Assembly: GCF_001194135.2 (NCBI RefSeq)
Contig: NC_068995.1
Coordinates: 39,398,248 to 39,462,247 of the forward strand
Length of the DNA: 64,000 nucleotides
Reading direction: 5' to 3'
Source: Octopus bimaculoides
Lineage: Eukaryota
Below the pieces are notes generated by a model. That model was not told the origin of the DNA. It made no database searches and saw nothing but the letters and a program-made list of their open reading frames with translations. The position numbers were made by a program, and so were the translations under genes. This document shows positions 1-12,068 of the stretch, one piece after another (positions within the stretch are counted from its first letter, which is position 1; each line of letters begins with the position of its first letter).

Positions 1-100
1 AAGCAAAGTCGACCTTAGCTGAATGTGAAGGTAAAAACGGACTAAATGCTGCTAAGCATCTTGCCCAAGCGCATTAAGGATTCTGCCAGCTCACCGCCTT
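1..100 (-). mobile_element. SINE family A (tRNA-like head, gcctttcatcc..gtcgataaa.taagtaccag core), 5' part
   Basis: Reverse complement begins aaggcggtgagctggcagaatcc..., matching the other family A copies. Confidence 0.8.
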
Positions 101-127
101 AAAAAACAAAAATAATAATGGATTCAA

Positions 128-296
128 ATCTTGCCACAAGGGCAGCCATTTTGGGTGAGGAGATGAGCCAATTACATTGTATCCAGTGTTTCACTGGTAA
201 TTAATTTATCGACCCCGAACTCAGAACATAGCGACAGGCGAAATACCGCTAAGCATTTCGTCCAGCGTGCTAGAGATTCTGCCAGCTCGCCGTTTT
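128..296 (-). mobile_element. SINE family A, internally deleted, flanked by (ATT)n
   Basis: ctggtaattaatttatcgaccccgaa...taagcatttcg...ttctgccagctcgccg. Confidence 0.8.
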
Positions 297-424
297 AATA
301 ATAATTATAATAATAATAATAATAATAAATGTGTTTACTGGTTGCACTCGCTTGTTATCTTCGATTCTTAGTTTTATAAAGGTTGGGAAAATTTAATTTG
401 AAGACAAATACAAATTAAACTTAC

Positions 425-577
425 CTGAGATACATTAAAACGGAATGCTTCTTTGAAGTATGTCGGTTGTTCAATAATTAATAAATAAAATGTCCAACTA
501 CGACAAAAGTTAGCAACCATGATAGCGTAGACTGGTTTAGAAGTAAAGAATTTCTTCCATGGCGTATTATGCGTGGT
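425..577 (-). CDS. VGLUT (SLC17A6/7/8-like): VGLUT exon E8 (TM7); later exons lie beyond base 1
   Basis: [51 protein letters not shown]; acceptor ctatacag|ACC, donor CAG|GTAAGT; 153 nt, phase 0 in and out. Confidence 0.96.
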
Positions 578-849
578 CTGTATAGAGGAAATGAAGAAAA
601 GAGATGAATTATAATCATTTATAAAGATGATGAAATCAGCATTCACACTATAGTTATGTGTGATATATGCATATACGTACATACACTGACAAACACGCAT
701 ACTTCGAAGTCACTGTCACACCACTTGTAATTGTACATATAAGAAAACACAATTTGTTTCATATGCCGGTTACTGTGGTAGAGAGAAACTAAACCAGCAA
801 CCGGAGTGGGGGTGGGTGATTGTCAGAGACGCTTGAATATAGATGAACT

Positions 850-1480
850 GTAGCCAGAGAATTTGCTCTGAGTATTCTGTTCTTTGCAAAGCAATCAAAT
901 GACATCTAAGAAACGATTTCGAGAATTATAAACTGAAGAAATTGATGCAAGCTGCAAAGGAAACGTAAAGTTTAAGAAGATGCAAGAGAAGGTTGACACT
1001 TCAGAGGTGAGACGTAACAGTGGTTAAGAATGAGGATGGGCTCTCGGGGTTAAAGAAAGGGAAGATGAAAGAAGAATGCAAAAACGTCTACACTAACCTT
1101 CTTAAATCTTTAGGGAAACTCAATCCCACACGTTCACAAATGCTGGAAGTAGTCCCACTATTATGATCAATGAAATTGAAAACGCCCCTAAACTGATGAA
1201 AGGAGGCAAAGCTCCGATGAACGATGACGTTACAACAGAGATATTCAAATGTAGAGGTGAAGATGAGTGGCAAATCTTCGTACCCTCAATGTAGAGGGAG
1301 TCAGATAATATCCTGCTTCAGAAGAAGGATAATGAAGCAGATTTAAACAACTATCGCCTCATATGTCTCTCGTCACAGCTCTATAAGCTTTTCACAAAGA
1401 TCATAGTTACCAGACTATCCAAACAACTCGACCACCGACAGCCGAAAGAGAAAGCAGGTTTTCATAAGAACTAGAGTATC
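850..1480 (+). mobile_element. Decayed RTE-clade LINE reverse transcriptase fragment
   Basis: Interrupted frames give INEIENAPKLMKGGKAP..DDVTTEI and LLQKKDNEADLNNYRLICLSSQLYKLFTKIIVTRLSKQLDHRQPKEKAGF, the pre-RT and early RT motifs of RTE-type LINEs; stops and frameshifts present. Confidence 0.8.
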
Positions 1481-1639
1481 TGGGAACTCTATATAACTGC
1501 TGTCATTCATAGAAAATCTATTGTTTTACTGTGAGAAAATTGCTGTTGAAGTGTTAAGCGAAATTTGGCATTCGAGGATCAAATCCACGCTATGCCTGCA
1601 TGAAGCCACAACAAATACGGTGTGGAATAAAAAAAATGT

Positions 1640-2400
1640 ATCTACTGTCAAGGAAAAAGTGTAACTGTAAAAATGCAGAATTATCAGAGTAATGGACATT
1701 CAAAAAAGTATGTATGTATAGAAATGTATGAAAGAAGTATTTAAGGTTTAAGATTCAAATTACAGAAGTGCAATAATAATGTTTAGCAGTTCAAAACTGT
1801 GAGTAGTGAAATGCAGAATTAGGTCGGCTGATTGTGAGAATCAAATATTGATCGCATCAGTAAAATGTGCAGGTGGTATGGGTTTTTTCCCTTGGGTTGT
1901 TCAAATAAAATATTAGTAATATGTAGTATATAGAATGATTCATTGAAAGGCCTAATTATCGATTTTTGTCAACGATCTAAGTATGTCACAAGATTTCCAG
2001 ACATGAGTACTTCTCACGTGTCAAATAAAGTATAAAAGTGATATTGTCTGCAAAATTAGAAATAGGACACAAAAAAATCAATATTCAAAGTAATCGAACA
2101 TAAACAATGAAATGAGTTATTTCCCTTGAGTATTTAAAAGAAATATTGTAAAGGTGCTATAGGTTTTTTCCCTTGGGTGTTTAAAAAAAATTAGTTATAT
2201 GAGGTAGGTATAAAGGTCCCTTCCAGGGGTCGGATTATGGATTTTTCAACAATCTAAGTATGTCACGAGGTTTCCAGACATGCGTTCTACTCAAGTATCA
2301 AGTTTCATCAAAATCAATAAAACGATGTAGGAGGAATTAACTAACAACGCCACAAACAAACACACACCAATTTTCCACATATGTAGTGGATGTATAAAGA
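1640..2400 (+). mobile_element. Non-coding element with diverged internal tandem units, possibly Helentron/HINE-like
   Basis: Two diverged units about 280 nt apart (ggttttttcccttggg...tctaagtatgtcac.ag.tttccagacatg at about 1880-2010 and 2160-2285), then caagtttcatcaaaatc...gtaggaggaa...acaaacaaacacac. Family assignment is by resemblance only. Confidence 0.35.
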
Positions 2401-2481
2401 CAGACAAAATTGAGAGAAATAGAGAGAGTGAGAGAGAAAAAAGAGAGAAAGCTAAAACAGAAATTCTATGATTTTACTTAC

Positions 2482-2612
2482 AATAGCAACTGCAGGTTCC
2501 CCTATGCTGGATTCTATATAATGTCGCTCTTCTTTTGTTATATGAGGGTGTGTTGATGGCCTTTCATGAGATAGCAGGTACCAACATATACCCCAAATTA
2601 TACCCATCATAC
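2482..2612 (-). CDS. VGLUT (SLC17A6/7/8-like): VGLUT exon E7 (TM6 and central cytoplasmic loop)
   Basis: (G)MMGIIWGICWYLLSHERPSTHPHITKEERHYIESSIGEPAVAI; acceptor ttttgtag|GT, donor ATT|GTAAGT; 131 nt, phase 1 in, phase 0 out. Confidence 0.95.
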
Positions 2613-2743
2613 CTACAAAAATGTAATTGAGAATCAAGTATATGAATGAATAAATATAAAGTGAGATAATTAGATTAGTCTTCAGAAAAGCAAACTGGCA
2701 GACATATACTGAACAATGTTTATAGACAAACAGGCACGTAAAA

Positions 2744-2745
<2 letters not shown>

Positions 2746-2833
<88 letters not shown>

Positions 2834-2918
2834 ACACACACAGACTCTCACACACACACACGCACACACACACACACACGCGCACGCACACACTCACACA
2901 CACACACACGCACACTCA
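2746..2918. repeat. (CA)n microsatellite
   Basis: Read directly. Confidence 0.97.
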
Positions 2919-3677
2919 TGTATATATAAACACTAAAGTAAGGATTCAGATCGAATCAGGTACTTGAAAAGATATGCATCAGGTAGAATTGGACAATCTC
3001 CGTGGTTCCAGCCTATGGTTGGTGAGTATCAAATAGGATATGTCGGTTGTGTACACAGAGAAAAACCGACCCTATGAGTATTTGGCGCCTAGGAGTTGGT
3101 CCAACTCACGTGTTACTTTGAATAGTACGTTGTTGGTATACTCTAGGGTATCCGAGAAGTAAATTCCCTTGTTGTATTAAAATGAAATGAATAATAACAT
3201 ACGATGGATAATCGGCAACACATTACAACTGTTTCTTACGTAACTTTTTAAATAGAAGATTGAGAACATTACAGAAAAGCCTGTAGTCATCAGATGACAA
3301 GTAATTTTACAAACAAGAATTTTCCAAGAAAACCGCAGGAGTGTACCTGAAGCCTGTCCAGGTCAACTATGAAATGGGAGAATGATCAACTAAGTTGGCC
3401 GTTGCGGTCAACAATATAGTTTCTCAGCTTGTAGAAAAAAGATTTCAGATGGCATATTTATACTTATGTTAGATGCTCTATTTATGTTTAAAGGTGTATT
3501 AAATATAATTTTTGTAATTAGTATTGTATGTGATTTTTCCTGATTTTTCTTATTCTCTTGTTTTGTAATGTGTTCTAGTTTTTCCCCAGAACAGCTTTCA
3601 TAGAGACTTAGATAACTATTCTGCAACTTGGTTATTTATTTTTCTCGGAAAATCTCCTACTACTATTTGTATTACTA

Positions 3678-3840
3678 AAGGCGGCGAGGTAGCAGAATCC
3701 TTAGCACGCTGGGCAAAATGTTTAGCGGCATTTCATCCATCTCTACGTTGAGTTCAAATTCTGAGAGTCGACTTCGCCTTTCATCATTCTTGGTTCGATA
3801 AAATAAGTACCAGTTAAATACTAGGGTCGATGTAATCTAA
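3678..3840 (+). mobile_element. SINE family A, 3'-truncated
   Basis: aaggcggcgaggtagcagaatcc...gtcgacttcgcctttcatc...cgataaaataagtaccag. Confidence 0.8.
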
Positions 3841-4206
3841 TAATCTGTGAAAATGAAGTAGATTATCATACAAAACTAATGTGATAATTCATAATTAATA
3901 ACTCTCGAAGATAATTTCAACAAAATAAACGTAAATTTGTCTCATTTGTAATTTATTGTCTTATTTTCAGTGTACTTCATCATCTGAGTTTAGACTTTCG
4001 AATGTCTGTTCGCGTCCTGTTATATATTTAAGGAACAAAATTACTTAGTACGCATGTCTAGAATGTGTATAAACACAAAATGACTATCGTTGCGACAAAT
4101 GTTTAAACCGTTTGTGCATGTGTGCACGCGCGTGTGCATGCGTGTTGAGGAGTTTTAGCTGTGTATGCGTGTATGTGTTATCTAATATTTTAAAGCACAT
4201 ACTTAC

Positions 4207-4293
4207 CAAAACAATAGAAGCCAGAACGCCAACCTAAATATTGCGTGAGAAGGCCTGATAAAGGCATTCCCAATACTGCTCCTGCGTACGAAC
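4207..4293 (-). CDS. VGLUT (SLC17A6/7/8-like): VGLUT exon E6, not in ORF track
   Basis: Manual translation (G)[28 protein letters not shown](G); acceptor attttag|GT, donor TG|GTAAGT; 87 nt, phase 1 in and out. Confidence 0.96.
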
Positions 4294-5060
4294 CTAAAAT
4301 ATTAGAAGACGAGAAATGTAAAAGCAAATGGCAATGGAATTTCTGTTGTGATGTCAGATGAATTCATGATAAATGTAACTCTGCAAAAATATCATTCTTC
4401 TCCGAATTAATAAGTGTACTAATAAATATTTATCGTTTTCAATTTGCCGCTGATGATTGTTTATATGCATATTTTATAACACTACCTCTACACGATAACC
4501 ATGTACTTTTACCTGTTGAGTTTGTTGATGATAATTTGATTAAAAGTAAAGTAGAGTGCAAGTCGAAGTCTAAACACCATCAATTTACCGATGGCTAAGT
4601 TGATTGTGTTTTCTTCATTCGTTAAGTTGAAATAAATTCATTTAGCGAAAACTGAAAGAATTCCCCTTTTGTCAACCATTCAGTGTCTTTCAAGCAACCT
4701 TATGTTTTCAAAAGTTATCAATTAGTGCATATATTTGCAAGCATGAGAAATTGAATTTCAGTGCTTAAGATATTCACTTGAAGCTGATGAAGCGTACTGC
4801 ATAAACGTTCCATGCTTAGCTATCGGCTAATAAGAATGTACACCTGTTTCATTCTGTGATTGGAAAAATACTTCAGGTGATAACAGTGATATAATTAGCA
4901 ATAACGCAACAAACATCAAACATGAAACCAGTGCAATCAGCAATGTGCTAATTTTTTAGTTAGCTAAGGAAAACTCTGTCTATAGAAAAAATTGAACACT
5001 TATACTAGCAGCTTATTGAACAAAACAAGGAAATAATGCTCTTAATAATCCACGTACATT

Positions 5061-5510
5061 AGATGGCGAATTGGTAGAATCGTTACCGTGTCGGTATAAA
5101 GGCTTAGCGGTAATTTGTTTGATCTAATGTTCTGAGTTCAAATGCCACCGACGTCGACTATGCCTTTCATTCCTTTGGGATCGATAAAATAAGTACCAGT
5201 TAAGGACTATGCTCATCAAAATTGACTTATCCTTCCCTCAAAATAACTGGCATTATACCAAGATGTGAAACCAATATTTCACGTACTTAAGGCGGGGAGC
5301 TGGCAGAATGGTTAGGATGATTGACGAAATGCTTAGCGGCTTTTCGTCTGTCTTTACGCTCTGAGTTCAAATTCCGCTCAAGATTGGCTTTGCCTTTCAT
5401 CCTTTGGAAGTTGATAAATTAAGTACCACTTCAGCACTGGGGTGATCTAATCGACTTACCCAACTCCGCCAGAGTTCCTAGCCTTGTGCCAAACCGTAAA
5501 AACCAATATT
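5061..5510 (+). mobile_element. Two head-to-tail SINE family A copies (5061-5278, 5289-5510)
   Basis: Both carry head, core and a ...aaaccaatatt tail; a cacgtac(a)tta-like motif occurs before, between and after them. Confidence 0.8.
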
Positions 5511-7789
5511 ACACATACCTATCCAACTGATCAAAAACTAGACATCACTTTGTCGACCATGTATTGTAGAGGAACTCGAACATTTACAAAAACCTTTAAC
5601 ACATTTGTATTCACTCAGAAATGATAAGACCTTCTCTTCAATAATTGTTTCGGAGGAGAAATTATTTTAATAGATTATGTGTGAAAACACTGTAAGGTTG
5701 GTGTATATACATGGCTATGCATTAACAGTTATTGACACCGAAGAAGTCGTTCACAATTGACTAAAGAATCTTGTTGTTATATGTAAACAGCAAAAAGTAT
5801 ATTTGCTGACAAAAGCCTTTCTCCATCTGAATGTACACGGATGTGTTAAATACATATGTGAAGAGGTTTATTTTACTCATTGCTACTTAGCGTGCTTTGA
5901 ATTAATTAACTGCAGCTTGACAGAGATTTAAGAAACTTTTAATGATTTCATTGAGTGGAAAACTGTGTTTTATACCAATTTTGAAAATATTTGAAGAAAT
6001 GTAAAAACAATAGAATGTGTTTATCAACACAAATGCAAAATGAATTTACCAGTCGTAGTGCAGAAGAAATTCAGTCAATATTTGTAGCTAACCTGAAGTG
6101 AAATGACGACCAATAAAACACAGATGCATCTACTAAATCATAACTAGCTATTTGCTTTCCTTTAAATCGACACGAAGAAAATAATCTTGTGGGAGTTGCT
6201 CAAACAAACATGAAAACAAGAACAAATGCAATAACTGAAATGTGAAAGATTGGGACATACGAGCTGCCAAATTATGTAGATAGTGATATGAGTGTTGCTC
6301 TATCATCTGTGATGAAATAAATAGGTTTCTGAAAGCAATCTATGCTATATACCAAAAAGTAAAATGTTTTGTGCACTTCGGCTCCAATCAATTTTAACTA
6401 GAAATAGTTAAATGCAAGGGGATAGCCATCATCGAAGAATTTGGTTTCTTTTGGGTTGTATTAAACATAAAAATATCATGAAATAATAACAAGAACAGAA
6501 AATGAAGAATGTAGCATTCAATTTTGATCTGATATTGGAAAGTTAAAATTATATATTTCAAAACAATGGTCAGCTATGGTCATTTACCAAAACTTGGTAG
6601 CCTAGAAAAGACAATATTTTTGGTGGTGGGATGGTATACTTAGTATACATATTTATACATATGTATACATATTTCTTGAAAATTGCTTCACAATGGAATG
6701 TATCTCTTCATACAGCCAAGTTACCTTATAAACACTTACATATTCCCTGATGATATTTTATATGCCTTCTATCACAAGTTTACTTCGACTTAACAAACTT
6801 TGATAATTTCATTTATAGGACATCCTATAAAAGGGGCAGGATTTAGAACCAATTTATATTGACTAAATACTCCACTATGTGTTTCATACGCCAAAGACAA
6901 TCGCAAAGAAAATAAGTTGGAACTCGCAATTGACCGAAGAAGCAATGACCGAAGTCACAGATCAAACTCATAAGTGTATCATTGAAACACTTATCATTTT
7001 TATCGATCACATTATAAATTAAATAAAATCAAGGTTTCCTACTGACAGTGTCTTACCCCCTGTAAATTTGGTCACCTGGCACTTCAAATTTTAATCACAA
7101 TCAGGATTCAGTATGCGGTGGAAATGAAAAAAACGTTTACAACTGTTCCATAATTTGTCCTTCCGCAAGCAAGATGTTATATGAAAAATAATATGTAATC
7201 ATACAGATACATGAAAATATTCAAATTACAAAAACATTTGTATCTACAATGTCTTGGATTTCGATTCTTTAGTCCCAAAATACCACGCGAAATATAAACT
7301 GGTCACTGTATCTTGATTAAACAAAAGTTAATGCGAAATATTTGGAAATTATTAGCCTGAAAAACGGGGTTTTCACAGTTGCTCGTTTTGCAATAAACTT
7401 CGTAAAGTTAGTATGCAATTTCAAATACCTCGTATGATACAAAACAATGTGTACGTTCTTAGATTTTCATATATNNNNNNNNNNNNNNNNNNNNNNNNNN
7501 NNNNNNNNNNNNNNNNNNNNNNNNNNNNNNNNNNNNNNNNNNNNNNNNNNNNNNNNNNNNNNNNNNNNNNNNNNNNNNNNNNNNNNNNNNNNNNNNNNNN
7601 NNNNNNNNNNNNNNNNNNNNNNNNNNNNNNNNNNNNNNNNNNNNNNNNNNNNNNNNNNNNNNNNNNNNNNNNNNNNNNNNNNNNNNNNNNNNNNNNNNNN
7701 NNNNNNNNNNNNNNNNNNNNNNNNNNNNNNNNNNNNNNNNNNNNNNNNNNNNNNNNNNNNNNNNNNNNNNNNNNNNATATATATATATA

Positions 7790-7980
7790 TATATATATAC
7801 ATACATATACATGTATACGACAGGCTTCTTTCGGTTTCTGTCTACCAAATCCATTCACAATGCTTTGGTCGGCCGAGGCTATAGCAGAAGACACTTGCCC
7901 AAGGTGCCACGCAATGGGACTGAACCCGGAACTATGTGGTTGGTAAGCAAGTTACTTACCACACAGCCACTCCTGCGCCT
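7790..7980 (-). mobile_element. SINE family B, 5' half; internal microsatellite runs into an N gap
   Basis: Reverse complement closely matches 15923-16090. Confidence 0.8.
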
Positions 7981-8639
7981 ATATATATATATATTAATGA
8001 AAATCCAGGAGAGGTGAGATGCAAAACAGATCTAGGTCCGTATTCTTTCATGTATTACATAATTTATCTTAGTGACATCACCAAATCTGACCTGAAGGTA
8101 TATATATGTATACATTCTACAGACTTCATATACGACAATCCATACATATGCACACGTACATCTGTATAGATATATAATGACGTACCTAAGAGAATTACAC
8201 TTCAGAACGAATTCAGTACATGTATACACATACAGCTTGAACGTATTTTAATGTAAATAAATTGAAGAGATGACGCAGTTAATGATGCAATATTTCCATA
8301 TACATTTTATGTTGTGTATGGTGGCATTTTTCTGTGTGTTAACATTTTGTGCCACATTTTCCTGCAAACAACTGTTGCAACTAAAAACATCAGAATATGG
8401 AACTATTTATTGAGCACCATCCATGACTTTATCACTTAGATGCATTAGAAGGTGTTATATATATATATAGCAATTATATATCCGCTATATCTGAAATCTG
8501 CAATGTCTCCATAACTACCGTCTCGGTTATAACCATGGAGCCCTAGTAATCCGTTACAGCACTTATCTAGCGTACCGAATCGTTTAGATCACCTGTGAAT
8601 TAAACCCCCATATTTTCGAATATATATATATTTATATTA

Positions 8640-8678
8640 TAGATAGATAAAGAGATAGAATGATGACGGATAGGTAGA

Positions 8679-8721
<43 letters not shown>

Positions 8722-8722
8722 C
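8640..8722. repeat. (AGAT)n microsatellite
   Basis: Read directly; another (AGAT)n at about 34260-34330. Confidence 0.9.
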
Positions 8723-8781
8723 AGACATACTGCGTGAGTGTAAGGTGGAGAAGAGAGAAGGAAATAGGCAGGATAGCTTAC

Positions 8782-8869
8782 CACAGAAAGATATTGTTGC
8801 TAGCTGGGAGCGTTCTAACGGTGGTGCCCAATGTCTCCAGATACCGTGACAAGCTGGATATGTGACACC
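8782..8869 (-). CDS. VGLUT (SLC17A6/7/8-like): VGLUT exon E5
   Basis: [29 protein letters not shown](G), the SLC17 WAPPLERS motif; acceptor caatttcag|GGT, donor TG|GTAAGC; 88 nt, phase 0 in, phase 1 out. Confidence 0.97.
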
Positions 8870-9041
8870 CTGAAATTGAAGAAAACAAATAGAGAAGAAT
8901 AACAAACTGATATATATGTACGTAAATGCATACGCTCATTATATGTTCACACGAACACACACACACACACACGCACACACTCACGCGCGAGCAAACACGC
9001 ACATACACATATAAATCAGTACAAACACATACTCATATCTC

Positions 9042-9075
<34 letters not shown>

Positions 9076-10378
9076 NNNNNNNNNNNNNNNNNNNNNNNNN
9101 NNNNNNNNNNNNNNNNNNNNNNNNNNNNNNNNNNNNNNNNNNNNNNNNNNNNNNNNNNNNNNNNNNNNNNNNNNNNNNNNNNNNNNNNNNNNNNNNNNNN
9201 NNNNNNNNNNNNNNNNNNNNNNNNNNNNNNNNNNNNNNNNNNNNNNNNNNNNNNNNNNNNNNNNNNNNNNNNNNNNNNNNNNNNNNNNNNNNNNNNNNNN
9301 NNNNNNNNNNNNNNNNNNNNNNNNNNNNNNNNNNNNNNNNNNNNNNNNNNNNNNNNNNNNNNNNNNNNNNNNNNNNNNNNNNNNNNNNNNNNNNNNNNNN
9401 NNNNNNNNNNNNNNNNNNNNNNNNNNNNNNNNNNNNNNNNNNNNNNNNNNNNNNNNNNNNNNNNNNNNNNNNNNNNNNNNNNNNNNNNNNNNNNNNNNNN
9501 NNNNNNNNNNNNNNNNNNNNNNNNNNNNNNNNNNNNNNNNNNTATATATATATATATATATATATCGATTTACACACACATATGTGTATGTATATACCTC
9601 TATATGTGTGTGTTGATAGAACAGTTGGGTTATGCATGTAACATGTATGTGCGCATAGAGATTGAGAGATGACTGATAGATAGATAGATAAATAGAGATA
9701 GACAGAGAGAAAGAGAGAAGGCGAGAGAAATACAAAGTGTGTAGGAGGGGCTAAAAGTGAGATTGCGAACAAAATTATAAGAATAATGATAATGATAATA
9801 ACAATAATGATTGTACAGACAATAATATATACAAGAGATTAAATGCGATCATCTATCTCTATAATAGTCAAATCTTTATTCTTAATTCCCTTCTTTTTCC
9901 TTTCCGCTGTTTTCTCTTTGCTCTCTTTCAGCGCTCTCTCTAAAAACACATCATACGCAAGCATACTCAAGCGAGCGCTTGAACTTTTATGAAAAGGAGA
10001 CAATGTGCTTTGTATGTGCGTGTGTGCAATAATAGCAAATGCATTATGTTCCTCTTACTCCACACAATATACTTCTAAACCTAGGAGACGGCCGATGCTA
10101 CTGCAGCGACACCAGCTATAAGCGAACAATGCTATTGTTTTCCGACTCGTTTTGATTGACTCAGTGAGATTGGAGAGTGTTGTGTGTGTGTGTGTGTGTG
10201 TGAGTGTGTGCGTGCGTGTGTATGTGTGTATGTGTTTGTGTGATGGGTGTTTGTGTCTTTCTGCATGTATAGGTGTATGTGTAATATGTGCGTATAGATG
10301 TGTGTTGATATTTTTTTAAAATAATCCCTGTTTAATTTATTTTACACGCACATACTCATTGATATAACTCACTTTCTC

Positions 10379-10409
<31 letters not shown>

Positions 10410-10716
10410 TTCTCTCTCCATATATATATTATTTATATNNNNNNNNNNNNNNNNNNNNNNNNNNNNNNNNNNNNNNNNNNNNNNNNNNNNNNNNNNNNNN
10501 NNNNNNNNNNNNNNNNNNNNNNNNNNNNNNNNNNNNNNNNNNNNNNNNNNNNNNNNNNNNNNNNNNNNNNNNNNNNNNNNNNNNNNNNNNNNNNNNNNNN
10601 NNNNNNNNNNNNNNNNNNNNNNNNNNNNNNNNNNNNNNNNNNNNNNNNNNNNNNNNNNNNNNNNNNNNNNNNNNNNNNNNNNNNNNNNNNNNNNNNNNNN
10701 NNNNNNNNNNNNNNNN

Positions 10717-10749
<33 letters not shown>

Positions 10750-11635
10750 CTGCTATTTGATTCATTGCTATTCCGGACCTATTAAGCTTTCTACTGTTTG
10801 CTTTGCTTTTTTTTTTTTGTATTTCCTTTCGTATCATTTCAATTGGCTTTCGCTTTTCAAATACACACACACACACAGTCGTATCTATATGAATATACAT
10901 ATGCATACGTATGTATAAATATTTATACACATACACACACTTGCTGACAATAAATAGTGCTACGATGATGTAAGCGTGTGTGCGATATCTATTATGCATG
11001 ATTATTATTTTGGTTTGCTATTTATTAATATCTGTCTTTGTTGCTGATGATGTGAAGGAGAAAAGGTTGAGACTTGCAGTGGGGAGTGCAAAAGAGAAAA
11101 ATACCGGATCAAATATTTTGGTGATGCCGACGGTGATGTCGATGATCTCTTGAGCTGATCCTGTGCTTCCCTTGAACATGTGGTTTTCTGCTCACCGTCA
11201 ATTCGTCCTTGAAATGAGAGCCATCCTTGCGGTTGCTTAAGCAAGCATTCGTGTGTTGGCTATTCCCTATAATGTGCTTGTTTTTCCTTTTTTATTTACA
11301 CAGCTGATACAGAATTGTTGGGCTCTTCGCTGTGGATGTTTTCCATTCCATCTTATTCTCACGATCAAACCAATGTTGGACTATTATCGCCACATAAAAT
11401 GACACAGATATATCTAGGCAACACACAAATACATCCACGAGTGCTTTTTTAAAATTTCGTTTTCATCTGCAATGCTTAAGCTTTTCGTCTAAAACAGTGG
11501 TTCTAAAATGAGAGTCATATGAACCTTGCAGATTCATATAAGGTTTTCTTGATAAAATTTATGTGGAATAAATAGGTTTCACTTCTACAATACACAAAGT
11601 ATTTTACTTACACAATACACAAAATATTTAATTCC

Positions 11636-12068
11636 TTTCCTACTCTAGGCACAAGGCCCGAAATATTTTTTTGGGATGGGGCCAGTCGATTGGATCAACC
11701 CCAGTACGCAACTGGTACTTAATTTATCGACCCCGAAAGGGTGAGAGGCAAAGTCAAACGCGGAGATATTTGAACTCAGAACATAAAGACAGACGAAATG
11801 CCGCTAAGCATTTCGTCCAGCGTACTAACGTTTCTTATTTCTTTATTGCCCACAAGGGGCTAAACATAGAGGGGACAAACAAGGACAGACAAAGGGAGTA
11901 TGTCGATTATATCGACCCCAGTGCGTAAATGGTACTTAATTTATCGACCTCGAAAGGATGAAAGGCAAAGTCGACCTCGGCGGGTTTTGAACTCATAACG
12001 TAGAGGCAGACGAGATACTGCTAAGCATTTCGCCCTGCGTGCTAACGCTTCTGCCAGCTCGCCGCTTT
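11636..12068 (-). mobile_element. Chimeric SINE family A dimer with two different 3' tails and one 17-bp TSD
   Basis: acaaaatatttaattcc at 11619-11635 and 12069-12085; unit with standard tail at about 11636-11834, full-headed unit with alternative tail at about 11830-12068. Confidence 0.85.

Noticed and set aside
11494-11620. cagtggttctaaaa start resembling a hAT MITE end
   Set aside because: No matching opposite end or 8-bp TSD found.
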